Shown here: piece by piece, positions 1 to 7,990 of the stretch
Layout: each line of letters begins with the position of its first letter
Numbering within the stretch: the first letter of the stretch is position 1
From: Bacteroidales bacterium
GTDB taxonomy: Bacteria; Bacteroidota; Bacteroidia; Bacteroidales; UBA932
DNA: 43,511 nucleotides
Direction of reading: 5' to 3'
NCBI GenBank assembly: GCA_030695165.1
Contig: JAUYTH010000123.1
Span: forward strand, 1 to 43,511
The notes under the pieces: generated by a model
Told to the model about the DNA's origin: nothing
The model's database searches: none
Seen by the model: the letters and a program-made list of their open reading frames with translations, nothing else
Program-made: the position numbers and the translations under genes

Positions 1-301
1 GCTCCAGAATAGATGAGTCAATTTTGTAAACTTTACCCACCGGCTTGAACCCAAGGATGGAGACAATACTCTCCAGCAGACTTGGAGGTGAGAGAAACGC
101 TTCGGTCCGGCTTATCTCCTGCTCTGTATCAACTGAGTTTACAACTATTATTGCGTTTGGATTCAACTCTTGGAGTGACTCAGCAATAATTTGATAAATT
201 GAACTGCTGATATCGGAAGAGGCAAACTTTATAGCAGTTCCGGACAAAAATGCCAGACTATCCAGTATATCACTCACAGGGTTCAGATTATTCTTTGTCA
301 T
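1..301 (-). CDS. 5' part of a CDS running off the window edge; unknown protein, possibly the N-terminal sensory region of a signal-transduction protein
   Basis: Manually read open frame from ATG at 301: MTKNNLNPVSDILDSLAFLSGTAIKFASSDISSSIYQIIAESLQELNPNAIIVVNS... with no stop to position 1. It starts 28 nt after the adk stop. Confidence 0.6.
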   Translation of the reverse strand, partial: MTKNNLNPVSDILDSLAFLSGTAIKFASSDISSSIYQIIAESLQELNPNAIIVVNSVDTEQEISRTEAFLSPPSLLESIVSILGFKPVGKVYKIDSSILE

Positions 302-329
302 AAACTTACGCCTTAATATCTCCTTTAAA

Positions 330-905
330 TTAGCCTAAACTGTCAATTATTGTGCAGATTTCGTTGAAACTCTGTTCGATAGTTGTATCGCCCTCCAGAG
401 GGTAGTATCTACCACGCTTTTCGAAGATCTCTACCAGGGGCTCGGTTTGTTCTCGGTATGTCGCAATTCTCTTTTTAACTACTTCAATGTCTGCATCATC
501 TGCCCTCCCCTCAATCTCTGCCCTGCGAAGCATCCTTTTTATAAGTATCTCCTCCTTTACTACCAATGAGATAACGGCATCTGTCTTATAGCCAATTTTT
601 TGAAGGAACTCATCTAAGACTTGAAACTGATAAATTGTCCTCGGGAATCCGTCATAGAGAAATCCTGAATAACCTTTTGAGTTTAGGATAACACTCTCAA
701 TAATTTCAAGGATAATATCGTCACCTACAAGAGCTCCCTCGTCCATTAGAGACTTGACCTTAAGACCGAGCTTTGTTCCGTTTTTAATCTCCTCCCTTAA
801 AATGTCACCTGTTGAGATGTGTTTAAGATTATATCTCTTTGCCAGTATCACTGCCTGGCTCCCCTTACCCGCTCCCGGAGGGCCGAAAATGATGAAGTTT
901 TTCAT
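330..905 (-). CDS. adk: adenylate kinase (short form without long LID)
   Basis: P-loop GPPGAGKGSQ, HISTGDILR, DGFPRT, GRADD. Confidence 0.95.
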   Translation of the reverse strand: MKNFIIFGPPGAGKGSQAVILAKRYNLKHISTGDILREEIKNGTKLGLKVKSLMDEGALVGDDIILEIIESVILNSKGYSGFLYDGFPRTIYQFQVLDEFLQKIGYKTDAVISLVVKEEILIKRMLRRAEIEGRADDADIEVVKKRIATYREQTEPLVEIFEKRGRYYPLEGDTTIEQSFNEICTIIDSLG

Positions 906-919
906 TAGGTTAGTTTTAT

Positions 920-955
920 CAAATATAATAATTTTAATATTTAAATTTACATTTG
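920..955. promoter_or_regulatory. divergent Bacteroidota -7 promoter boxes (TAnnTTTG) for adk and the MFS gene
   Basis: TATATTTG on - strand (920-927); TACATTTG on + strand (948-955). Confidence 0.55.
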
Positions 956-990
956 AAGAGTATAAATAAGATGATAATTATAAAAATAAT

Positions 991-2283
991 ATGAGTGAAA
1001 CGATAAAACAAAACCGGTGGCTGGTGGTTGTGATGGGAACAATTTTAATGATTGTTCTGGGGACTGTATACTCCTGGAGCTTCTTTCAGAAACCGATAGT
1101 TGAGACTTACAGATGGACAAATTCGGGTGTGGCCTGGGTCTTTAGCACAAATATTCTGTTTTTGGGACTCTCTGCTGCCTGGAGCGGGATAAACCTTCCC
1201 AAATATGGGGCCACAAAACTGGCTGTAATTGGTGCAATTATGTACGGGACAGGGTTTATTCTGGGAAGCCTGGCACTTAAATTCCATAGTTTGCCGGCTC
1301 TAATTTTAGGATTTGGAGTTGTTGGAGGATGGGGTATTGGAATGAGCTATGTGACTCCGGTCATTTCGGCATCAAAATGGTTTCCGGATAAACAAGGGCT
1401 TGTTACCGGAATGGTGGTTATGGGGTTTGGCTTTGGAGCTCTGGTAATGTCTAAATTTATTGCACCTACTGTTTTGAACATTGCAGATGGCAACCTTATC
1501 ACCTCGTTTTTTATAATTGGCGCAATAATTCTGATACTTGGCCTTATTGCCGCCCTCTTTATTAAACAACCACCAGCCGGGTATTTACCAAAAGGCTATA
1601 CACCTGCTGTTAAGATATCTGCAGTAGATAATAACAGATCTGTGGAGATCACCGCAAAACAGGCAATCTTTACATCCAAGTTCGCAATGATTTGGGTGGT
1701 CTTCTTTGTCAATATTACTGCGGGTATAATGTTTATCAGCTTCCAGTCACCTATGATGCAGGATCTGTGGAGCCGCTACAGACCGGGAGGCGACCCTGTT
1801 TCGCTGGCGGCAATTGGTGGGACACTCATTGCTGTAAGCTCTATCTTTAACGGAATAGGCCGATTTTTCTGGGGAGGAGTATCAGACAGGATCGGAAGGA
1901 TTCAGACTTTTAGATTGATATTAGGGAGTCAGCTGGTTGTGTTTATAACTCTGCTCTTTGTTACAAACCCCTACATCTTTGCACTGCTTGTCTGCTATGT
2001 TTTGCTATGTTACGGAGGAGGATTCGGAACAATGCCGGCCTATATAAGAGAGGTTTTTTCTGACAGGCTGATGCCGGTAGTCTACGGAACCATTCTAACT
2101 GCCTGGTCTGCCGGGGGTGTTCTTGGACCGCAGATAGTTGGGTTTATGAAGGACAATTTTTCGCAAAACGCGGCTAATTACGCATTTTCAATAGGAACCA
2201 TACTTCTTGCAATAGGTTTTGTGTTAACGCTTTTACTTAGTAACAGTAGCATTAAAATTGGAGCAAAAAGTACTAGGACTTAG
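991..2283 (+). CDS. MFS transporter, oxalate/formate antiporter (OFA)-like
   Basis: About 12 hydrophobic segments; GTVYSWS, KWFPDKQGLVTG, NGIGRFFWGGVSDRIGR, YGGGFGTMPA. Confidence 0.85.
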   Translation: MSETIKQNRWLVVVMGTILMIVLGTVYSWSFFQKPIVETYRWTNSGVAWVFSTNILFLGLSAAWSGINLPKYGATKLAVIGAIMYGTGFILGSLALKFHSLPALILGFGVVGGWGIGMSYVTPVISASKWFPDKQGLVTGMVVMGFGFGALVMSKFIAPTVLNIADGNLITSFFIIGAIILILGLIAALFIKQPPAGYLPKGYTPAVKISAVDNNRSVEITAKQAIFTSKFAMIWVVFFVNITAGIMFISFQSPMMQDLWSRYRPGGDPVSLAAIGGTLIAVSSIFNGIGRFFWGGVSDRIGRIQTFRLILGSQLVVFITLLFVTNPYIFALLVCYVLLCYGGGFGTMPAYIREVFSDRLMPVVYGTILTAWSAGGVLGPQIVGFMKDNFSQNAANYAFSIGTILLAIGFVLTLLLSNSSIKIGAKSTRT

Positions 2284-3433
2284 ATTTTAAAAAATGGTTA
2301 AAAAAGAGTAGGCTTCCGGCAAGGCTCATAAAACTTGCCAGAATAATGGCATAGAAAAACGAACCGGAGAAATCGTACATAAGGCCACTGCTAATAGGAC
2401 CGGCTATTCCTGCAATTGCATAACCTATAAACACATAAGGGTAAATAAAACCTAAGTTTTTCACCCCATATACCTGAGCAGTCTCTTTCGCAAAAAGAAC
2501 AAAGTTACCACCAAATCCAAAACCTATAAAAAAGGAGAGGATTAAATACGAAATATCTGTTAGGGTAAAAACATTCAATAAAAAAATTGAGATTGATTGG
2601 AATAAAAGAGCCAAGAATATGCTGAAACTTGCTCCTAAATGGTCACTTAAAACACCCCAAATAAGTCTGCCGGCAAAGTTTGCAATGGCAAATAATGCAA
2701 CGCCAAGAACAAGATTATGATTAGAGATATTATATTGACTTCCAATAATGTTTAAACTTCCAATAATAAGCAAACCGGCAAAAGTTCCCAGGAATATACC
2801 GAGAAAAAGTATTCTGAAAATTTTTGAATTTATAAAATCCTTTGCTTTAGCAGGTTGTTCACTATTGCCTGATTTGGTTTGAATTTGAAAAATGAGGTTT
2901 GATGAAATAAAAATAATCAAACCATATGATATGCCAATAATCTTAAACAATTGTAGCAGATTATAACCGCTTTTCAGCAATATTTCGGATAATTCCGACA
3001 TAAATACTGCCCCCAAACCAAATCCTGCTGCTGATATACCAGTGATAAGACCTTTTTTTTCGGGAAACCATTGAACAGGCAAGGTAAGAGCAATCCAATA
3101 ACCGAAACCTGTGGCTATTCCAGCCATAAATCCAATGCCTATCCAAATTGTTATAAAATTTCCATCAGAACAGCTTGCTAAAAAATATCCTAAAGAGAAC
3201 ATTAAGGCAGATGTATAGCCGAAATATCTGGGATCTATTTTTTTCCCTAATTGTCCAACAAAAATCATTGTAACAGGAAATATGGCAATTAGAGTTCCAA
3301 ATATTAGCTGAGACTGAGAAACAGAAAAGCCGTATTTATCAATTAGTTCCGATGCAATTACGCTCCAGGCATATACACTGCCTATGCAAAGCATTATAAT
3401 AAATGAGGCCAATACTGTTAATAATCTCCTCAT
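2273..3433 (-). CDS. MFS transporter, OFA/MCT-like
   Basis: GSVYAWS, QWFPEKKGLITG, NFAGRLIWGVLSDHLG, GFGGNFVLF; start overlaps the purE stop. Confidence 0.85.
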   Translation of the reverse strand: MRRLLTVLASFIIMLCIGSVYAWSVIASELIDKYGFSVSQSQLIFGTLIAIFPVTMIFVGQLGKKIDPRYFGYTSALMFSLGYFLASCSDGNFITIWIGIGFMAGIATGFGYWIALTLPVQWFPEKKGLITGISAAGFGLGAVFMSELSEILLKSGYNLLQLFKIIGISYGLIIFISSNLIFQIQTKSGNSEQPAKAKDFINSKIFRILFLGIFLGTFAGLLIIGSLNIIGSQYNISNHNLVLGVALFAIANFAGRLIWGVLSDHLGASFSIFLALLFQSISIFLLNVFTLTDISYLILSFFIGFGFGGNFVLFAKETAQVYGVKNLGFIYPYVFIGYAIAGIAGPISSGLMYDFSGSFFYAIILASFMSLAGSLLFFNHFLKSKS

Positions 3434-3945
3434 TTATCTCCTTCTGTTCTAAGGGATGTTTTAAGATTATTTGATTTTAAGTGTACCTGTTCTTTCAATC
3501 CTTGTTTATACTGTAAAATTTTAGATTGTATTGAACTATCCATTGTAGATACAATTTGAGCAGCGAGAATACCTGCATTTTTTGCTCCGTTAAGTGCAAC
3601 AGTTGCAACGGGTACTCCACCAGGCATCTGCAAAATGGAAAGAACGGAGTCCCACCCGTCAATAGAATTACTCGACATTATTGGAACACCAATTACAGGC
3701 AAAGGAGAGATGGCCGCCACCATCCCAGGCAGATGAGCCGCACCTCCTGCACCAGCAATTATTGCAACAATTCCCCTACGGTGTGCATTTGATGCAAATT
3801 CATATAATTTTTCCGGCGTCCTATGTGCCGAAACTATATCAATTTCATATCCTATACCAAATTTATCAAGCATCTCTCCAGCTTGCTTCATTATGGGTAA
3901 GTCGGAGTCAGACCCCATTACTATACTTACTACTATTCTGTCCAT
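3430..3945 (-). CDS. purE: N5-CAIR mutase (class I PurE)
   Basis: IVMGSDSD, SAHRTP, AGAGGAAHLPGM, PVIGVP, QMPGGVPVATV; ATG at 3945 preferred over the track start at 3972. Confidence 0.95.
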   Translation of the reverse strand: MDRIVVSIVMGSDSDLPIMKQAGEMLDKFGIGYEIDIVSAHRTPEKLYEFASNAHRRGIVAIIAGAGGAAHLPGMVAAISPLPVIGVPIMSSNSIDGWDSVLSILQMPGGVPVATVALNGAKNAGILAAQIVSTMDSSIQSKILQYKQGLKEQVHLKSNNLKTSLRTEGDK

Positions 3946-3992
3946 GATTCTGCTTATTTCAATTAAAATCAAATAATTAAACTTTATTTATT

Positions 3993-4655
3993 TCATAGCG
4001 AATGGAAAAAATTTATGCTTAGCCAAATTCTCTCTCTTCTATTCCCGCTAATAAATGAGTCTAACCTATAGTCTATGCCAATTTCCAAATCATTTATTGA
4101 AGAGATAGAGTAACCAATAAGAGCCCCTAATCTGATTTCCAGGTCGTAATCACTTTTTTGCCAAGAGTTAAGATATTCATTATTGATTTTAAGATAGTAC
4201 TCTTTTACATCAATTGACTCTCCTTCCAAAGGAATTTCGGAAGATATCCTGTATCGCAGTCTAAATTCAGTGTCGGAGCTCTTTCCAAAAGTTTGGTCAG
4301 TCATAAACCTATGTGCCATACGAAAGCCGGGATACTTTTTGCCAAAGCTAATCTGTTGTATAGCTCTGTTTTTAAACTCATCATCTTCTGCCCTTATTAA
4401 ATAACCGGCACCTATTGTAATATTTGGAGCAATCCGTTTTGTTATTACCAAGGATAGCTCTGTTAGCAAATAGTCATATTTCAGCATTTGGTTATAAAGA
4501 GATTGCCTTGATTCAAGCTTAAAGTTTGTTGACCAGTTTTTAGGGAATTGCTTAAGTAAGTTTATCGATGGCATAACTCCATACTGTTTGCCGGTTTGAG
4601 CGGCACAAATAACCGAAAATGCAGAGAGTATGAGTATAATAGAGAGTCTTTTCAT
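3993..4655 (-). CDS. DUF2490-like putative outer-membrane beta-barrel protein
   Basis: Signal peptide ending CAA|Q; alternating amphipathic strands; NRAIQQ, HRF.TDQ, FRLRYRI, NNEYL; aromatic residues near the C-terminus. Confidence 0.7.
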   Translation of the reverse strand: MKRLSIILILSAFSVICAAQTGKQYGVMPSINLLKQFPKNWSTNFKLESRQSLYNQMLKYDYLLTELSLVITKRIAPNITIGAGYLIRAEDDEFKNRAIQQISFGKKYPGFRMAHRFMTDQTFGKSSDTEFRLRYRISSEIPLEGESIDVKEYYLKINNEYLNSWQKSDYDLEIRLGALIGYSISSINDLEIGIDYRLDSFISGNRRERIWLSINFFHSL

Positions 4656-4657
4656 AT

Positions 4658-5332
4658 TTAGTAGTCAATAGTATCTTTTCTTTTCGAAATTATTTGGTTG
4701 TTTTGCAGATATTCCCCTTTTTCAGAAAAAAGATACTCCATCATAACAAAACTCCCATCAATTTTTGTAGAGATAATAATCTCGTAGCTTATTGTAATGG
4801 AATTAGAGTTATTCCTGTTCTCTCTTAAAAACTTCAGAGCTGCATCTCGTTCTCCGGTATACTGTATTTGAACTTTCTCTATTTTATGTTTTTTGTGTCT
4901 TAGAGTCAAAATCCCTGTTATTTTTGAATAGATGTAAGAGGGAATTTTGTATATATCTACCTCAATTTCAATATCCTGAAATGTTCCGTTCTCAGAAAAC
5001 TCAATGCTGTGCCTCTCTTTATTTGAAATTGCTTTAGCCTCGAATGTAATATGGTCTAAACCTATCTCCTTGTACCATTTAATTTTGGAGTCGAAGGTTA
5101 TTGAGTCAACAAAAGAGAGAGCTCTCGATGGTACATCTGACTCCTTAATACGAAACTCTTTTTCATATTTTGATTGGGAAAAGGCGTGTAGACTAAAAAG
5201 AGTTAGCAGACACAAAACAAATAGAAATTTTTCTTTCAGGATGGCAATACTCTTATCTCCATAAGCGGTTTTGGAGGAAGCTGCAATCTGCACCTTACAT
5301 TCAACAGAGGTGTTTACTGACTCTCTTTCCAT
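4658..5332 (-). CDS. secreted hypothetical protein, PepSY-like/BLIP-like repeats; start uncertain (ATG 5332 or CTG 5239)
   Basis: Hydrophobic stretch KFLFVLCLLTLFSLHAFS|Q; KWYKE..FEAK..SIEFSENG..DIE and a second ..EYLFSEKG.. unit. Confidence 0.6.
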   Translation of the reverse strand: MERESVNTSVECKVQIAASSKTAYGDKSIAILKEKFLFVLCLLTLFSLHAFSQSKYEKEFRIKESDVPSRALSFVDSITFDSKIKWYKEIGLDHITFEAKAISNKERHSIEFSENGTFQDIEIEVDIYKIPSYIYSKITGILTLRHKKHKIEKVQIQYTGERDAALKFLRENRNNSNSITISYEIIISTKIDGSFVMMEYLFSEKGEYLQNNQIISKRKDTIDY

Positions 5333-6483
5333 GACTTTACTCTTATTAATTGTTTTACTTTTTCTGCTTTTTTTAGCGCACACTCCAACGAAGAGGAAAG
5401 AATAGTTACGTGCCCCATTTTTCGGTAGGGTTTAGTCAATTTTTTTCCGTATAAATGGATCTTCACTCCATCAATTGCCATACTCTCAGTTAATCCTTCA
5501 TAGATTACTGCTCCTTCGTAGCCCTCTTCTCCTAATATGTTAATCATCACAGAAGGGAGTTTAAGTTTTGTGCTTCCCAAAGGCAGGTTTAGTATTGCAC
5601 GCAGATGTTGCTCAAACTGAGATGTAATTATGCTTTCAATAGTATGATGGCCGCTGTTATGCACACGGGGAGCAACTTCGTTTACAATAACTTCGCCTTT
5701 TGAATCTATAAAGAACTCAACAGCAAGAAGACCTTCCATATCTAGCAACTCAATAATTTCACTTGCAAAAATAATCGCTTTTTCGGATTGTTCAGCTGTT
5801 ATAGAGGAAGGGCAAATTAATTTGTCTACAAGATTTGCAATTGGGTCAAAAAGCATTTCGACAATAGGATAACATTTAATTTCGCCTTTTCTGTTTCGTG
5901 CAACGATTGCAGAAATCTCCTTAATTATCTCAATTTTTTCTTCAATTACAGATGCCCCTGAAAGTATTTTTATCAAATCACTATTATCGTTTATTACTGC
6001 TACTCCACGTCCGTCATATCCTCCTCTCCTTAATTTTTGCACAAAGGGAAAACTAATTTCACCTTTTTCAATACCATTCAAAATAGCTGTTTTGGAGTCA
6101 AAAATTTTGTAGGCAGAGGTTGGAATTCCATTCTTTTTATAAAAATTTTTCTGCAACCCTTTATCCTGAATTAACTCTAATATCTCTGGGTCAGGCACAA
6201 TCCTAAGACCTTCTGTTTTTAATTTCTTAAGAGCTTCAATATTAACATTTTCAATTTCAAAGGTTAACACATCTACCAATTTCCCAAATTGGTAAACTGA
6301 CTCAAAATCCAGGTTGTTGCCTTTGATAAAATAGGAGGCTATACTTCCTGCAGGGCAATGCTCATCGTTGTCAAGAACATATGTTATGATGTCCCATTTG
6401 CTGGCCTCCTGAATAAGCATTTTCCCGAGTTGTCCACCTGCAATAATTCCTATTTTCAAATTGGATGTTACTAATCTCTCCAT
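5314..6483 (-). CDS. purK: N5-CAIR synthetase (ATP-grasp)
   Basis: GIIAGGQLGKML, TFEIENV, GYDGRGV, NEVAPRVHNSGH, SQFEQHLRA, HLYGK..RKMGHVT. Confidence 0.95.
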   Translation of the reverse strand: MERLVTSNLKIGIIAGGQLGKMLIQEASKWDIITYVLDNDEHCPAGSIASYFIKGNNLDFESVYQFGKLVDVLTFEIENVNIEALKKLKTEGLRIVPDPEILELIQDKGLQKNFYKKNGIPTSAYKIFDSKTAILNGIEKGEISFPFVQKLRRGGYDGRGVAVINDNSDLIKILSGASVIEEKIEIIKEISAIVARNRKGEIKCYPIVEMLFDPIANLVDKLICPSSITAEQSEKAIIFASEIIELLDMEGLLAVEFFIDSKGEVIVNEVAPRVHNSGHHTIESIITSQFEQHLRAILNLPLGSTKLKLPSVMINILGEEGYEGAVIYEGLTESMAIDGVKIHLYGKKLTKPYRKMGHVTILSSSLECALKKAEKVKQLIRVKSWKESQ

Positions 6484-6734
6484 TTCTACTTTTCAAATAT
6501 TGTGAATATTAAAACCGGATCGTTTTTTAAGTACAGCGTTATTAAAGTATATTAACACAAAACCCTGTGTTTTTGTTTGCTGGAGAAAACCATTACAAAT
6601 CAATAAATTTGCCACACGGGGTAACTGTAAAAAGGGAATATACGATCTGATCTTTGTTTTTTCTGAAATTCTCACAGAAAGATAGTTGAAGAAAATTCGA
6701 CCGCTTCACGTTAATAACCTAATAGACAAATTGT

Positions 6735-7436
6735 CTAGTTATCCCTCAAACAACGAACAGAAAACCCGAAGGTCTTATAGCTGTTGTTTCTGGATACTTC
6801 GCTGGTACTGTATAAAATTGACCAGAACCCGGCGTAGATTGCACCGGCCTCAGTAGAACTCCACCAGCCACCGTAGTAGCCAAAATCGTAGAATGCTCCA
6901 CTGCTGAGACGGTCGCTACCTGGAAGGGCTGTGAAACCGGAGCTATTGGTTGCGCCTGTATTAGGACTTAACCAGTGGCTTGTACCTGCTTCTTTAAGCT
7001 TGCCACCTGCTATGCTATTTCCTCCTAAAAATGTAGTCAATGTTGTCCATTCCGCATCACTTGGCAAATGCCATCCTGTTGGACATATCCCTCTACTATC
7101 TGTTGCTGTATGCCATGTATACAACCTACCATAAGTCGCAACATTACTCTCAATACCATAATTCGCCCATTGATATTTTGGTGTGCTTTCAGCAGAAATA
7201 TTCAATGTAGCTGGATTAGTTGTGCCTATTGAATTGCCATTCCGATACTTAGTTGTTTTCAGGTTTACGGCCATCCATACCTGTGTACCAATTGTTACTG
7301 TTTTATACACATTACCGTCAATGTCGGAGACAGTACCGGTAGGATTAAGTTTTGGAGAATCTTTCTTACAACTAAATGTAAAACAAAACATTACACCTAG
7401 AATGATTAACAGGATAATAGCTTTAAAAAAATTCAT
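6735..7436 (-). CDS. FISUMP (Fib_succ_major) domain lipoprotein
   Basis: Lipobox TFSC-KKD; DIDGNVYKTVTIGTQVWMAVNL, YGRLYTW, CPTGWHLPSDAEW, GFSVRCLRD. Confidence 0.9.
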   Translation of the reverse strand: MNFFKAIILLIILGVMFCFTFSCKKDSPKLNPTGTVSDIDGNVYKTVTIGTQVWMAVNLKTTKYRNGNSIGTTNPATLNISAESTPKYQWANYGIESNVATYGRLYTWHTATDSRGICPTGWHLPSDAEWTTLTTFLGGNSIAGGKLKEAGTSHWLSPNTGATNSSGFTALPGSDRLSSGAFYDFGYYGGWWSSTEAGAIYAGFWSILYSTSEVSRNNSYKTFGFSVRCLRDN

Positions 7437-7710
7437 AGTATTCTTGGGTTTTATAAAAAAAATTGATTCTTTAGGCTCCTTCTCTTTCGTTTTATTTTGA
7501 ATATAATTTTACGTCGTTGTTTTATTCATTTTTATCACTAATCTTTTGACGTTTAAATATAAATAATAAATTAATAGTATGATAATTTGTTTTCCCACAA
7601 TATATTTCGATTGTTTAGTAATTTCTTCGTATTCCGCGCTTTTACATTTGAAAGTTTTATTTCTGTTAAAATTAATTTATCCCTACGGCTATTTATATAG
7701 AGGGGTATTT

Positions 7711-7730
7711 TATGCAAATCGTATGCAAAT
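7711..7730. repeat. direct repeat TATGCAAAT x2, 11-bp period
   Basis: 7711-7719 and 7722-7730 are identical. Confidence 0.8.
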
Positions 7731-7731
7731 G

Positions 7732-7768
7732 AAAAAGAGTTACAACATATTAACGCTGTAACTCTTTT
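7732..7768 (-). terminator. intrinsic terminator-like hairpin downstream of tRNA-Asn (possibly bidirectional)
   Basis: AAAAGAGTTACA/TGTAACTCTTTT 12-bp perfect stem, extendable to 16 bp with G-U pairs; T-runs on both strands. Confidence 0.7.
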
Positions 7769-7777
7769 AATTCTAAG

Positions 7778-7851
7778 CTCCTCGTCTAGGACTTGAACCT
7801 AGGACCCCCTGATTAACAGTCAGGTGCTCTAACCAACTGAGCTAACGAGGA
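7778..7851 (-). tRNA. tRNA-Asn (GTT), CCA not encoded
   Basis: TCCTCGT/ACGAGGA acceptor stem, TAGCTCAGTTGGTTAGAGC D-arm, CCTGA-CTGTTAA-TCAGG anticodon arm, GGTTCAAGTCC T-arm. Confidence 0.97.
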
Positions 7852-7876
7852 ATTTGTTTTTCCCTTTTTGGGACTG

Positions 7877-7908
7877 CAAATGTAAATGGAATTTTATAAA
7901 ACTGCAAA
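7877..7908 (-). promoter_or_regulatory. consensus Bacteroidota promoter for tRNA-Asn
   Basis: TTTG-N20-TACATTTG on the - strand. Confidence 0.8.
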
Positions 7909-7965
7909 TCTTTTATCACTATTTTCGAGAATTTTAAAATATCATCATTTTAGTTACATTTTTTT

Positions 7966-7973
7966 TAACTTTG
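7966..7973 (+). promoter_or_regulatory. -7 promoter box
   Basis: TAACTTTG 17 nt before ATG 7991. Confidence 0.55.
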
Positions 7974-7990
7974 CACAATAGCAACCAAAT

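Larger units (their letters stand above)
2273..7770. mobile_element. putative genomic islet or island remnant at the 3' side of tRNA-Asn
   Basis: Visibly AT-rich: hand-counted 60-nt samples gave 27% and 35% GC versus 45% in the flanking MFS gene. It abuts the tRNA 3' end, and a tandem TATGCAAAT repeat lies next to the tRNA. No integrase is present. Confidence 0.55.

Noticed and set aside
6493-6675. 60-aa ORF as a leader peptide
   Set aside because: GTG start, no recognisable features; likely a chance ORF.
6484-6734. Purine or ZTP riboswitch upstream of purK
   Set aside because: I could not find the conserved core motifs of either class on the coding strand.
6735-7436. FISUMP genes as diversity-generating retroelement targets
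   Set aside because: No reverse transcriptase and no template/variable repeat pair in the window; a remote DGR cannot be excluded.
7579-7761. 60-aa ORF or integrase remnant beside the tRNA
   Set aside because: No tyrosine-recombinase motifs, and it runs through the repeat and hairpin.
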